A DNA stretch of 64,000 bases from Clostridia bacterium (GCA_900759475.1 CAAEVK010000012.1:75938-139937), one strand, 5' to 3'; positions 52,864 to 63,311 are shown, numbered from the stretch's first letter. Notes: generated by a model not told the origin, from the sequence alone. Program-made: numbers and translations.

Positions 52864-54414
52864 TTACACTTTAAATTTGTAATTAATTTTAATATTTTCT
52901 TTATCAGTTATTTCAATACTATCTATTAAATTTAAAATTATATTTCTATCTATGTTTTCAAAACTTACAATTTCTTTTATGTATTTTATTAATTCTCTTT
53001 CTTTTGTATTTTCGTAGTCTTGTAATTTTAGATTTAAATTTTCCGTTTTTTGTATTAATTCTTCTTGCTCTTTTTTGTAACTTTCTGAATATGTAACAAA
53101 TTCATTTGTATCTATTATTCCATTTACTCTATCTTCATAAGCTGTTTTTAGTATTTTGTTAATTTCATTAATCCTTTTTTTATTGTCTGTAATTTTTTTT
53201 TCTATTTTCTTTTTCTCTATATTTATACTGCTTTTATCAATAGAGTCTATTAGTTTTTCCTTATCTATTTTCTCGGTCAAATTTTTTCTTAAATCTTCTA
53301 CTACAAATTTATTCAAAACACTTTCTCTTATTGCTCTTCTTGTACAATAATCTTTTCCATATCTATTATACATACTACAAATTGCAACCATATCATCTTT
53401 TAATCCACTTTGTTTCTGAAATGTATATTTATTATGACATATTGGACAATATAATAGCCCTGCCAATAGATGTTCTGTATTTTCTTTTCTATGAATATTA
53501 TGTGCTTTTCTTTTTAAAATATCTTGTGCTAATTCAAATGTCTTTTTATCAATTATTGCTTCATGAGCATTTTCTTTTATTAGATATTCTGTTTTTGGAA
53601 GTAGCCTATATTTTTTTACTTTATAACTTACCATCTCACCTTTATGTTGTATTAAATCTCCTGTATATACTTTATTTGTTAATATAGATTTTATTGTATT
53701 GTGTCCCCATAAATTAGCAATTGCCTTGCAATGATATCTTGAATTTCTTTGTTTATATACAGATGGGCAGTCTATTTTTCTTTCATTTAATCTATGTGCT
53801 ATATATGCTAAGCCCTTTCCATTTATATATTCATTAAATATATATTTAACTACCTCTGCTGCTTCCTCATCTACAATTAGTTTAGTAATATCATTTGGAT
53901 GCTTTTTATATCCATATGGTGCAAATGCTCCAATGAATTCTCCCTTTTCTGCTTTTGTTCTTTTTACAGTTCTTACTTTTTTAGAAATATCTTTTGCATA
54001 CATATCATTTACAACTGCTAAAAATGGTCCAATATCGTTATTATTTGTTTTTGAAAATGTATCTACTCCATCATTTACGGCAATATACCTAATATTTCTT
54101 GCAGGAAAATAGTTTTCTGTGTAATATCCAACTTGTATATAATCTCTTCCTAAACGAGATAAATCTTTTGTTATTACTAAATCTATTTTTCCGTCATTTA
54201 CATCGTTTATTAATCTTATAAAATCTGGTCTATTAAAATTTGTACCTGTATATCCATCATCTGTATATATATCTACTAAAAACCAGTTAGAATGTTTTGC
54301 AATATATTCGCTCAAGAAAATTTTTTGATTTTTTATACTTTCTGATTCAGTTTTTGAATCATCATCTCTTGATAATCTTAAGTACATTCCGTACTTTGTA
54401 AGTTTTACTTTCAA
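52864..54414 (-). CDS. large serine recombinase (resolvase/invertase N-domain, recombinase domain, zinc ribbon)
   Basis: 516 aa. YLRLSRDDD catalytic-Ser region, a recombinase domain, a CPICHNKY zinc ribbon, and a C-terminal coiled coil. Confidence 0.85.
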   Translation of the reverse strand: MKVKLTKYGMYLRLSRDDDSKTESESIKNQKIFLSEYIAKHSNWFLVDIYTDDGYTGTNFNRPDFIRLINDVNDGKIDLVITKDLSRLGRDYIQVGYYTENYFPARNIRYIAVNDGVDTFSKTNNNDIGPFLAVVNDMYAKDISKKVRTVKRTKAEKGEFIGAFAPYGYKKHPNDITKLIVDEEAAEVVKYIFNEYINGKGLAYIAHRLNERKIDCPSVYKQRNSRYHCKAIANLWGHNTIKSILTNKVYTGDLIQHKGEMVSYKVKKYRLLPKTEYLIKENAHEAIIDKKTFELAQDILKRKAHNIHRKENTEHLLAGLLYCPICHNKYTFQKQSGLKDDMVAICSMYNRYGKDYCTRRAIRESVLNKFVVEDLRKNLTEKIDKEKLIDSIDKSSINIEKKKIEKKITDNKKRINEINKILKTAYEDRVNGIIDTNEFVTYSESYKKEQEELIQKTENLNLKLQDYENTKERELIKYIKEIVSFENIDRNIILNLIDSIEITDKENIKINYKFKV

Positions 54415-55049
54415 TTATACTTGTTTCCATATTGCCAAATTTTCTCCTTCCTCATAGTACATCATTATTACTATGTCTATATAAGAAACAAGTTATTTAG
54501 GATTTTGTGTTTTGAATTCTAACTCTTCTTCCTCTTTATTGCAAGTCTTTTCTTGCAAATATATTGGAAGTAATATTTCCATTAGTTCTTGCAATGTTTT
54601 TCCTTCGTTTGAATAACTTCTTACTACATTCATGTCCACCTCTTTCTTTTTAAATGTATATGTCAAAACATATAATTTATTACTTCAAAAAACAGATATA
54701 AATCATCCTATATCTGTTACAACCAATCAAAAAAGAGTCTAGCACTTTTTGCTAAACTCCATATTTTATATTGGTTAATTTTTGTATCACACTTTTCTTA
54801 CATAAATCTCTAATACACTATTTTTAATACTGTATTAGTAGACTTTTTGATAACACTTTTATTGCATAACTACACTATACAATATTTGATAAACATTGTA
54901 CTTTGCAACTTTTTGCTAACAAATTTTTTATATAAGAAATCTGTAGAGAATTTTTTATTTTCTCTACTTTATGTACCCTATTATATATAGATTTTTATAT
55001 GTTGTCAATGTTTTCATTAGATTTTTAATAAAAAATCTGTAGTATTTCA

Positions 55050-55712
55050 TTAAATAATATCTAATAATTCTTTCATTGATCTTATTTTATAATCTGGCTC
55101 TATTAAAACTTCTTCTTTTTTCTTCCATTTGTTATTTATATTTTGCTCATACCATATAGTCTTTACACCTAATACTTTTACTCCTAATAAATCTTCTAGT
55201 AGCTCATCACTTACAAATGCAATTTTATTGTATTCTTCTTTTGGAATTTCTTCAAATGCTTTCATATATACTTTTAAATTTGGTTTTCTTTCTTTTACTT
55301 CTTCTGAAATAACTACTTTTTTAAAATATTTTCTTATATCTTCACGTTTTAAAATATATTCAACATTCCTAATAGAATTATTACTTATAATTCCTAGATA
55401 ATAACCTTTTTCGTATAATTTAGCAATAGTCTCTCTTGTCTCGCCATCTAAAATATGAGATTCTAATAATAGTATATCAATTTTTTCTAAATCTTCTTCT
55501 GTTATATTTAAAATTGATGATAAATCTTTATATATTTCTTTTTCTGTAATCTTTCCTAGAGAGTTTAAAATTTGATAGTTTTTCCATTTTCCAAATATAT
55601 CATCCCATTTTAAATTATATTTTTCTAATATTTTATTTATTTTATCATCAACATTTTCAAATTTACTGATTAATGTATATCCCCAATCAAAAAATATATA
55701 TTTATATTTCAT
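55050..55712 (-). CDS. HAD-superfamily hydrolase
   Basis: 220 aa. Motif I FFDWGYTL, motif II GIISNNS, Lys motif ERKPNLKVY, and the last motif FVSDE. Confidence 0.6.
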   Translation of the reverse strand: MKYKYIFFDWGYTLISKFENVDDKINKILEKYNLKWDDIFGKWKNYQILNSLGKITEKEIYKDLSSILNITEEDLEKIDILLLESHILDGETRETIAKLYEKGYYLGIISNNSIRNVEYILKREDIRKYFKKVVISEEVKERKPNLKVYMKAFEEIPKEEYNKIAFVSDELLEDLLGVKVLGVKTIWYEQNINNKWKKKEEVLIEPDYKIRSMKELLDII

Positions 55713-55713
55713 C

Positions 55714-56094
55714 TTATCTTTCTTCTCCTTTATCTTTTATATTATTTATTTCTTCAATAATCTCATGTTCGAAAAATCTTTCTTGAAATTCTACTAATGC
55801 CTCAATTTGTTGTTTAGTATATATCTTTTCTTCAGGAGCAATCACTAATTTATCGTCATCATCATCCAATCTATGTATTGCAGCTATACATTTTCCTTCA
55901 TATTCTTCTACTGGTTCAAATATTCCTACTATATATGCATCTAATTCTTCACCATCTCCACTAATTGTATTCGGAACATATCCATAATTAATTGGATATA
56001 TAAAATTCCATTTAGGATGTTTTGAGCCCATTGGTCTATCCATAACAACTTTGACTTTCTTACCTAAAAAATCTTTATAACTTACTTTTTTCAT
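55714..56094 (-). CDS. inorganic pyrophosphatase-like protein (truncated family I PPase fold)
   Basis: 126 aa. MDRPMG...YPINYGYVPNT...DGEELDAYIV resembles the PPase core. Confidence 0.45.
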   Translation of the reverse strand: MKKVSYKDFLGKKVKVVMDRPMGSKHPKWNFIYPINYGYVPNTISGDGEELDAYIVGIFEPVEEYEGKCIAAIHRLDDDDDKLVIAPEEKIYTKQQIEALVEFQERFFEHEIIEEINNIKDKGEER

Positions 56095-56108
56095 TTATTA
56101 TATCCTTT

Positions 56109-57056
56109 CTAATATAATTTATTGTATATCATATCCGATAATTTTTTAATATTACCTCTTGCAGTATATATTCCGGTCTTTTTAACTAATTTCTCTACAA
56201 AATTCATTCTCTTCATTGCTAGTTCTTGATTGTCAAAATTAGGGAATGGATAATTTGTGCTTAATACAATATTTCTATCAGCCCTTATATATTCTGATAT
56301 AGCCTTCATTGTAGCTAATGTCGCAACATCTTCCATTTGTTTTGTTAAATTTGTTTCTTCATCTTTAACTGGATATGTAGCAGTATATAGTATATTTGAA
56401 AGCTTCGCTGTCTTAGTTACTTTTATACCTAACTCTTCAAATTCTGGATTTATATATATTTTGTTTTCCCATGGTCTATTCATTTTCTCTTTGTCAATTT
56501 TACTTATCAAACTTGGAAAATATTCATGTATTACTCCAACTCTAATATGAGTTTGAAGAGTCCCACAGTAAACATATGGTATTCCATCTTCAAGACCTAT
56601 AACTGCTCTATCATTGCATACAAAGTTATAGCCTTTTTCCATACAAAGATACATTGCCAATGTTGTTTTACCCGAACCAGCTTCTCCTGAAATTAATGTT
56701 GCTTTACCATCTTTTTCAACAATTGCACAATGAATAAAATACTTATCTTCTTTGTTTAATTCTTTTGCAAACATTGATAAGGCTAAATATATCAAATCTG
56801 GTAAATACAATTCTCTTTCTGGTACACATATCAATGCTTGGTTCAATTCTGGATTTATTTGTACTAAATTAGGTCTTTTATCTAGGTAAATCAAATAATT
56901 CCCACTCAAATCAGCATTTTCATCAGGTATAATTTCTATTCCAGGTATAGTTTCCGGAACTTGTTCTTCATCTGTCAAAAAATAATTGTAAATCTTTTCA
57001 GAATTTGTTGCAAATATAATTTCTGCGGAATGGCATTTCATCCTTAATTTTTTCAT
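56109..57056 (-). CDS. HprK-related P-loop kinase-like protein
   Basis: 315 aa. Walker A LISGEAGSGKTTLA followed by NDR, like the HPr kinase C-domain. Confidence 0.5.
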   Translation of the reverse strand: MKKLRMKCHSAEIIFATNSEKIYNYFLTDEEQVPETIPGIEIIPDENADLSGNYLIYLDKRPNLVQINPELNQALICVPERELYLPDLIYLALSMFAKELNKEDKYFIHCAIVEKDGKATLISGEAGSGKTTLAMYLCMEKGYNFVCNDRAVIGLEDGIPYVYCGTLQTHIRVGVIHEYFPSLISKIDKEKMNRPWENKIYINPEFEELGIKVTKTAKLSNILYTATYPVKDEETNLTKQMEDVATLATMKAISEYIRADRNIVLSTNYPFPNFDNQELAMKRMNFVEKLVKKTGIYTARGNIKKLSDMIYNKLY

Positions 57057-57074
57057 TTAATACCTCCTTACTAA

Positions 57075-58319
57075 TTAGAAAACAATATCATTTTCTATCA
57101 ATTTTACTATTCTATTCTTCTCTTGAATTATATCACATTCGTCTATAATTTTAAACTTGTAATTTTCTATTATTATTTTCCCATCTTTCATTACTATCTC
57201 AGGCTTATTTCCTGATGTGTAGATTAGGTTTTCTATAATAGATTTTTTATAAGTAAAATTTAAATTATTTCTATTAAAGAATAATATATCTGCCTTATTT
57301 CCCTCAATAATACTTCCCGAATTTATTTTCATATATTTTGCTGGATTTATAGTAATCATATCTAGTAATGTATTGCTATCCAAATTAGTTAATAAAGCTG
57401 TTGTTCTCAAACTATCAAGTAATGATAACGAATCATTTGTTGCAGGTCCATCTGTTGCAACTATTACATTAATTTGATTATCCAATAATTTTTTTATATC
57501 ACATGGCTTATTTTTTAACTTTAAATTACTACTATGGCATGCTACAACTGATACTTTATTATTTTTTATTAACATTATATCATCATTACTTAAATAATTA
57601 CAATGCACTAGTAAAGTATTTTCATTTAATAAATCGTATTTTTTTAGTAATTCGATTGGTGTCATTTTATATTTTTTCTCAATGTATTTTACCTCTTCAG
57701 CAGTTTCGCAAATATGTAGACTTAATTTTATTCTCTTATTGTTTTTTAAAAAATTTGAAATCTCAATTAAAGTCCCTTTTTCTATCCATTTTACTGAATG
57801 TAAACCGATAAAGTATTCTACATTTTTCTTTTTCTCTAAAGAATTAAATTTCTGTTCAAAATTCAATTTATACTCCATCAACTTTTTAGAATTCATCATA
57901 GGGTACCCTAAAAAAGCATTAACTGGGAAACTTGCTACATTCGGCCATCCTCTAACTCCAAACACTGTCAATGTACCATTTTTGATTGATTCTAAAATAA
58001 CATTATTTATAGAACTACTCCTAATCTCATCTATAATACTCTTAAACTTTGTATGAAATTTCTCTCCTAACAAAATGTATTCTTCTGTTGATAGATTTTT
58101 TTTGTATCCTCTTAAAAAATATTCGCCAAAATGAATATGAGCATTTAAAAAAGCTGGTAAAATTATGTATTCTTTTGCTTCAATTACTTTCTTACTCGAA
58201 ATAGCCTTATTTCCCACATATACAATTTTATTATCTTTTATTCCTATATTTGCCTGCTTTATTTCTCTTTTAAAATTTTGAGTTACAATTAATCCGTCCC
58301 TTATTAGCAAATCTAACAT
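57075..58319 (-). CDS. amidohydrolase-superfamily enzyme (MtaD/SAH-deaminase/chlorohydrolase-like)
   Basis: 414 aa. N-terminal HxH metal motif (NAHIHFGEY) and TIM-barrel amidohydrolase pattern. Confidence 0.6.
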   Translation of the reverse strand: MLDLLIRDGLIVTQNFKREIKQANIGIKDNKIVYVGNKAISSKKVIEAKEYIILPAFLNAHIHFGEYFLRGYKKNLSTEEYILLGEKFHTKFKSIIDEIRSSSINNVILESIKNGTLTVFGVRGWPNVASFPVNAFLGYPMMNSKKLMEYKLNFEQKFNSLEKKKNVEYFIGLHSVKWIEKGTLIEISNFLKNNKRIKLSLHICETAEEVKYIEKKYKMTPIELLKKYDLLNENTLLVHCNYLSNDDIMLIKNNKVSVVACHSSNLKLKNKPCDIKKLLDNQINVIVATDGPATNDSLSLLDSLRTTALLTNLDSNTLLDMITINPAKYMKINSGSIIEGNKADILFFNRNNLNFTYKKSIIENLIYTSGNKPEIVMKDGKIIIENYKFKIIDECDIIQEKNRIVKLIENDIVF

Positions 58320-58328
58320 TATTAACTC

Positions 58329-59462
58329 CTACCTTTTTGGTTTTCCAATCCATGTACATAGATAATTTTCATGCACCAATTGTTTTTCTCCCTTTTTATA
58401 TTCAATGCTATCATTAAAATTAATTTCTTTAAAGCAAAATGGATCTCTAGCATATAAATCTTTTTCTCCAGTTTCACATTTTTTATATGTATAAGCCATA
58501 GCAAAACAGCCACCTCTGCAAATTTCTGCTTTATCACAATCTTTGCAACCTTCTATTTTTTCATAATTTTCTTTTCTAATTCTAAAACTCTTGAATTGCT
58601 CTGAATTAACTATATCAAGTATATCATCTTTTAAGAGATTTCCTACTCTATAGTCATGCATATATACACATGGAGATACAGGTATTTTTCCATCTGGTGT
58701 AATTGAATTGATCCTCATAGAATATATGCCACATGAACACCCATGCACTTTGTTATTATCCACTAATCCAGATAAAGTTGGTTCACTCAATTCTACTGTA
58801 TCACATATTTTAAATAAATACTTATAGTTTTCAAGTACTTGATTTTTAGTAGGTACAAGTTCATAATGTTTTTCTTGAATTGGTTTTAATAAATTAAATC
58901 GAATATTTGAATTATATTGCTTTGCTAATTCTAATAAAGCATCTATACGATCCTTGGTAAAATTCCAATTCATCGCACACATTATAATCCCTGATTCTAT
59001 TCCATATTCTTTGCATATTTCCAGAGCTTCTATTGCATATTTGTACACATCTCCTCCTCTATTTTCATTATGTTCTTTTTCATATGGTGAATCTAAACTA
59101 ATATCTACATCATTTAATAACTTTAGACATTCTGGGTAAACATTTTTCAATGCAATTAAACTTATTCCGGATGTTGTAATTCCTACTTTTATGTTCTTCT
59201 TTGTTAATTCTTTCAATATATATGGCAATAGACTATCCTGAACTTTTAAACCATTAGTAAAAATAGGTTCATTACCCCCTAAATTAATTGTCTCCACTCC
59301 TATTCTTTGAACCTGCTCAATTACTTTATCAACAATTTCTTTAGTAAGATTTTTTCCTTTTTCTCTAACACTCATTGAATAACAGTGTTTACATTTGCAA
59401 GGACAATCATTTCCTAATGTCCAACCTATGTTTTTAATTTGTCTACATTCTTTTTCTTCCAT
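58329..59462 (-). CDS. radical SAM enzyme with a C-terminal SPASM/twitch-type cysteine cluster
   Basis: 377 aa. CPCKCKHC fits Cx3Cx2C. GGNEP SAM motif. C-terminal CKDCDKAEICRGGC (Cx2Cx5Cx3C) plus additional Cys. Confidence 0.75.
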   Translation of the reverse strand: MEEKECRQIKNIGWTLGNDCPCKCKHCYSMSVREKGKNLTKEIVDKVIEQVQRIGVETINLGGNEPIFTNGLKVQDSLLPYILKELTKKNIKVGITTSGISLIALKNVYPECLKLLNDVDISLDSPYEKEHNENRGGDVYKYAIEALEICKEYGIESGIIMCAMNWNFTKDRIDALLELAKQYNSNIRFNLLKPIQEKHYELVPTKNQVLENYKYLFKICDTVELSEPTLSGLVDNNKVHGCSCGIYSMRINSITPDGKIPVSPCVYMHDYRVGNLLKDDILDIVNSEQFKSFRIRKENYEKIEGCKDCDKAEICRGGCFAMAYTYKKCETGEKDLYARDPFCFKEINFNDSIEYKKGEKQLVHENYLCTWIGKPKR

Positions 59463-59463
59463 T

Positions 59464-60177
59464 TTAATCCCCTTTCAAAATTTCTTTTTTTACTTTCCTT
59501 ATTTGTTCTTTAATCTTTTCATAGTATGAAAAATTTATATCTAAATTTTTCTTTAGAGCATCTATATATAATTCTTCATACAAACTTAAGTATATTTTAT
59601 ATTGCTTGTATGAATAATATTTATCTGTAATATTCCATAATTTAAATAAATTGTCTATTTCTTTTTCTGTTTTTATATTATTTTTTTGTCGGTCTACCAT
59701 TGATTTTCTATTTGATAATACATAAAGTAAAAATTCACAATCATTTTTTTGTTTTATTTGATTTATAAAATTTAAAATTATTTTTGTCTCATCTTCTATT
59801 ACTCCAACATCATTTAGATGATAGTTATATTCATTTGTTTTTCCAAAATGATTCTCATATATCTTTTTATCGACAATAGTTAATATATTCTTTTTATAAT
59901 TTATAGTAAAAATCTGTCCATATATAATATTGGTATTCTCAATTTGCCCACTTTCATTAATAGCATTAATAAATTTTAAATAATCAAATGTACTTTCTGT
60001 GTACTCCTCTATTTTTTCATTTTTCATAATTTTCTTCATTTCGTCATTTTTCTTCACATTTAATTCTATGTACTCTGTTAACTTTTTGCTATTTATAAGT
60101 TTTTTAATGAACTTTTTATCATCTATTATCTCTATTCCATCATATTTAAAAATGCCAATTTCATTATCGCTCTTCAT
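59464..60177 (-). CDS. hypothetical protein
   Basis: 237 aa, in the operon, no motif recognised. Confidence 0.35.
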   Translation of the reverse strand: MKSDNEIGIFKYDGIEIIDDKKFIKKLINSKKLTEYIELNVKKNDEMKKIMKNEKIEEYTESTFDYLKFINAINESGQIENTNIIYGQIFTINYKKNILTIVDKKIYENHFGKTNEYNYHLNDVGVIEDETKIILNFINQIKQKNDCEFLLYVLSNRKSMVDRQKNNIKTEKEIDNLFKLWNITDKYYSYKQYKIYLSLYEELYIDALKKNLDINFSYYEKIKEQIRKVKKEILKGD

Positions 60178-61069
60178 AATTTAATCCTCCTTGTGTAATA
60201 ATCTTTGCTTTATCCAACCAAGGAGTTATAATTTCTTCAGGTATATTTAAATTTGACCTACCTATACCTATCTCGGAATCAGGAGTACCATGTGAATCAC
60301 TTCCTCCTGAAATATATAAATTATTCTTTTGTGCAAATTCTAATGCAAATCGATGTTGTTCATTTGAATAATATGGATAATATCCTTCTATGCCATCTAA
60401 CATACTTTCACTTATTAATGTTTCTAGTACATCCATTGAATTTTCATTATACTTAAATATATGTGGCATAAAAACTTTCCCCCCACATTGTTTTATCAAC
60501 TGTACAACTTGTTTATATGATGGAATAAGTCCTGAAAAATCAACAAAAAAATCGCTATTAGGATTTGATGTATATGTTAATAGAAAGGTTCTTGCATTAT
60601 CCCACGCTTCTGCTGAGATAAACCTCTTATTTTCTAAATGTCTTTTTATTTCGTCAAATACTGCTCTTTTTCCTCTTTCTTTTTCCGCATCATATATTAT
60701 GTTATGAACATTTATAACTAAACCTTTTTCAATGCACTTTTCTATAATTAAATTAGTCTCATATATATTATAATCTTTTTTCGGAAGATATAATTTTGAT
60801 ATTTTGTCTTGCACTAAATCTGTATCAATATTATAGCCAATTAATTCTATTGGTACATTATTTACTATTGTAGAAAATTCACAACCTGGTATTATTTTTC
60901 CACTATAAAATCTTTCCTCTGATAATTCTTTTAATTCTGCATATGCTTCACATGTATTATTATCTGTTATTGAAATTATAGAAACATTTCTTTTCTCTGC
61001 TATCTGTAATATTTTTATTAAATTATTTTTTCCGCCAGAATAGTTTGAATGAATATGTAGATCTATCAT
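60164..61069 (-). CDS. PHP-domain metal-dependent phosphoesterase
   Basis: 301 aa. MIDLHIHSNYSGG and GGSDSHG PHP motifs. Confidence 0.65.
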   Translation of the reverse strand: MIDLHIHSNYSGGKNNLIKILQIAEKRNVSIISITDNNTCEAYAELKELSEERFYSGKIIPGCEFSTIVNNVPIELIGYNIDTDLVQDKISKLYLPKKDYNIYETNLIIEKCIEKGLVINVHNIIYDAEKERGKRAVFDEIKRHLENKRFISAEAWDNARTFLLTYTSNPNSDFFVDFSGLIPSYKQVVQLIKQCGGKVFMPHIFKYNENSMDVLETLISESMLDGIEGYYPYYSNEQHRFALEFAQKNNLYISGGSDSHGTPDSEIGIGRSNLNIPEEIITPWLDKAKIITQGGLNYEER

Positions 61070-61162
61070 AACAATCTCCTTTTGCTATTTACATAAATAT
61101 CTTACCATATTTTTCCACAAAATTCAACACTTATCCTTAATAATTTACATTTTTTGTATATC

Positions 61163-61735
61163 TTATATTGATTTTATTAACAAGTCAAAAATCAGTCTTT
61201 TTCCATCATCGTCCATTCGAGCATAAGAATCTGAAATCTTTTTATTCACAGTTTGATTAGCTTCATCTTGATTAGTAAACTTTAATAAATACTCGAAAAA
61301 ATATTTTTTATGAAGAATATAAGAAATTATATCTGAATTTATTATTAACTTGCTCATCTGATCAAAATCATCATTTGCATTTTTTCTATGATTCATTATA
61401 GCATGTTTTATTAATTGTATTTTTGTCTCTTTATAGTTATTTTCTCTTAAAAAATCTTCTGCATACTCTGCTCCTATAATCTCATGATTATCTATTTCTC
61501 CTTTAAGCATAAATTTTCCGACATCATGAAATAATCCTGTTAATATAGCGTCTATTTTATTGATTCTCTTTATATATGACATTTCAAAGCAAATCTTTGC
61601 ACAAGGTATAAAATGTTCTTCATAAAAAGGAATTGAACTATTTTCCTTTGCTAATTTACTTATTATTCTAGTTGACTTAACTAAAATTGGATTTGTCTCT
61701 AGTAATTTTTCAAATTCTATATTTCTACTATACAT
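61163..61735 (-). CDS. HD-domain phosphohydrolase
   Basis: 190 aa. H...HD motif (LFHDVGK). Confidence 0.6.
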   Translation of the reverse strand: MYSRNIEFEKLLETNPILVKSTRIISKLAKENSSIPFYEEHFIPCAKICFEMSYIKRINKIDAILTGLFHDVGKFMLKGEIDNHEIIGAEYAEDFLRENNYKETKIQLIKHAIMNHRKNANDDFDQMSKLIINSDIISYILHKKYFFEYLLKFTNQDEANQTVNKKISDSYARMDDDGKRLIFDLLIKSI

Positions 61736-61842
61736 CTTTATCTCCTTCTGATTATGCTTATTTATAATTTTATTTTTTAATTATAATATATATTTCTTAT
61801 AATTACAATTATAAATTACCTTATTAATTATTTCATTATCCT

Positions 61843-62313
61843 TTATTCATTCCTAAACTCTTCTCTATAAACATCTCCTATAATATAAAAATCATATAAA
61901 TCCATTTTAGTCATTCCTTCAGGGTCTTTACTTACATAATAATTCGCTTTTTTTCTTGCATTTTTTAACATTTTATTAAATCTCTCATAATGTTCATCAC
62001 CTAATAAATTTTTCATAACTTCACTATTTAAGTATGTACCAATAGCCATTGTTCTTAAAAATTTTATACTTATTTTTCTTTGTGTCTTTAAAAACTTGTC
62101 CATTTTTTCTTCAATTGGTTTTAAAATTTCTTTAATTAATTCTTCCATTTTATCTTGATATAAATCTAAATTTAATTCCTTATCTATACCACTTCTAATA
62201 ATATCTGCTTCATATCTTCCTTGACTTTTTGCAATATTTTTTATCATATCTTTTTTATATTTTGGTACTCTAATTACCATAGTTACTAATTTTTCTTCTT
62301 CTTTTTCCTTCAA
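61843..62313 (-). CDS. hypothetical protein (possible ribbon-helix-helix N-terminus)
   Basis: 156 aa. TTG start with a GGAGG SD. Confidence 0.35.
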   Translation of the reverse strand: MKEKEEEKLVTMVIRVPKYKKDMIKNIAKSQGRYEADIIRSGIDKELNLDLYQDKMEELIKEILKPIEEKMDKFLKTQRKISIKFLRTMAIGTYLNSEVMKNLLGDEHYERFNKMLKNARKKANYYVSKDPEGMTKMDLYDFYIIGDVYREEFRNE

Positions 62314-62525
62314 CTTTCTTCCTCCTTTTCTTGTTGCTTTTTCTTTTCAAAATTGTTTTTAACAATTTTGCAGGATCAGGGAGATATCTCATCTCCCGCT
62401 TACTGCCTAAAAGCGTGGCTTTTAGCAGGGTGCTTTATACATTTTCGTGATATCCTTTGTATATCTCACTTAATCCTAAAAAAAGCAAGTATAAATTCAA
62501 AAAAATCTATACTTGTTCCTTAATT

Positions 62526-62849
62526 TTATTTTAATTCTTCTTGCAATTTGATTCCATCTTTCAATCCTGATAGATAATATTTTTTATAAAAATAATAACT
62601 TTCATAATCTACTGTTTCAATATAATCTTCTAATACTTTTATAATATCATCTTTTAATTCATTAAGATTGTATGGAATTTTTTCTATTTTTTCGTTTAGA
62701 AAATTATGTTTTTTACTTCTATTGGCTTTATCTTGATTCATAAATCTTTTATCTTCTTCATTTATAAAAGCCAATTCTTCTTCTCTTGCCTCGAATATAG
62801 TTTCTAACATATTAATATTTTTATTTACCATTTTTATCTCACCTCCCAT
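62526..62849 (-). CDS. hypothetical protein
   Basis: 107-aa ORF. Confidence 0.3.
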   Translation of the reverse strand: MGGEIKMVNKNINMLETIFEAREEELAFINEEDKRFMNQDKANRSKKHNFLNEKIEKIPYNLNELKDDIIKVLEDYIETVDYESYYFYKKYYLSGLKDGIKLQEELK

Positions 62850-62900
62850 TGCTGTGTGATGTTAACTCTGTTTAAATAATTATTCAAGTCTTTTTTAGAA

Positions 62901-63311
62901 TTATTTAAAATTATTTGCATATAAACTCATCCAATCAAAATTGCTATAATCTCTATCACTTTTATATTTATATTTTTTATTTATATTATTTGATGGTAAA
63001 AATTCCACAACTTTATTTGCACTTTTTTCATTACCTATATGTAAATTTTCTATATCTTTAGAATATACATCTACAACATATATTTTATATGCTTTACCTT
63101 TTCCTTGATTTTCTTGTTTTATTAATTTTGCCTCTTCTAATTCTTTAAATATTTTTATTACTGTTTTACTACTTGCTTTTAAGTTTTCTCCCATTTCTTT
63201 TCTTGTCATAAAAAGACATATATTTCCATATTCGTCAACTTTGTTGTTCATCCTTGATAAATTTAATCTATCTAGTATAAAAATATATGCTAATTGAGAC
63301 AAAGGGCACAA
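62901..63311 (-). CDS. RepA_N-family winged-helix DNA-binding protein (replication-initiator-A N-terminal domain type, common on Firmicute mobile elements)
   Basis: LAYIFILDRLNLS...DEYGNICLFMTRKEM...KTVIKIFKELEEAKLI pattern. The N-terminus may extend upstream. Confidence 0.5.
   Translation of the reverse strand: MCPLSQLAYIFILDRLNLSRMNNKVDEYGNICLFMTRKEMGENLKASSKTVIKIFKELEEAKLIKQENQGKGKAYKIYVVDVYSKDIENLHIGNEKSANKVVEFLPSNNINKKYKYKSDRDYSNFDWMSLYANNFK

Noticed and set aside
58322-58537. 71-aa ORF overlapping the 3' end of the radical SAM gene
   Set aside because: It lies entirely inside the amidohydrolase / rSAM junction in another frame, with no translation signals.
62380-62450. GC-rich stretch as a possible tRNA
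   Set aside because: It has no T-loop (GTTCGA-type) or acceptor/anticodon-arm geometry, and its length and structure do not fit a tRNA.
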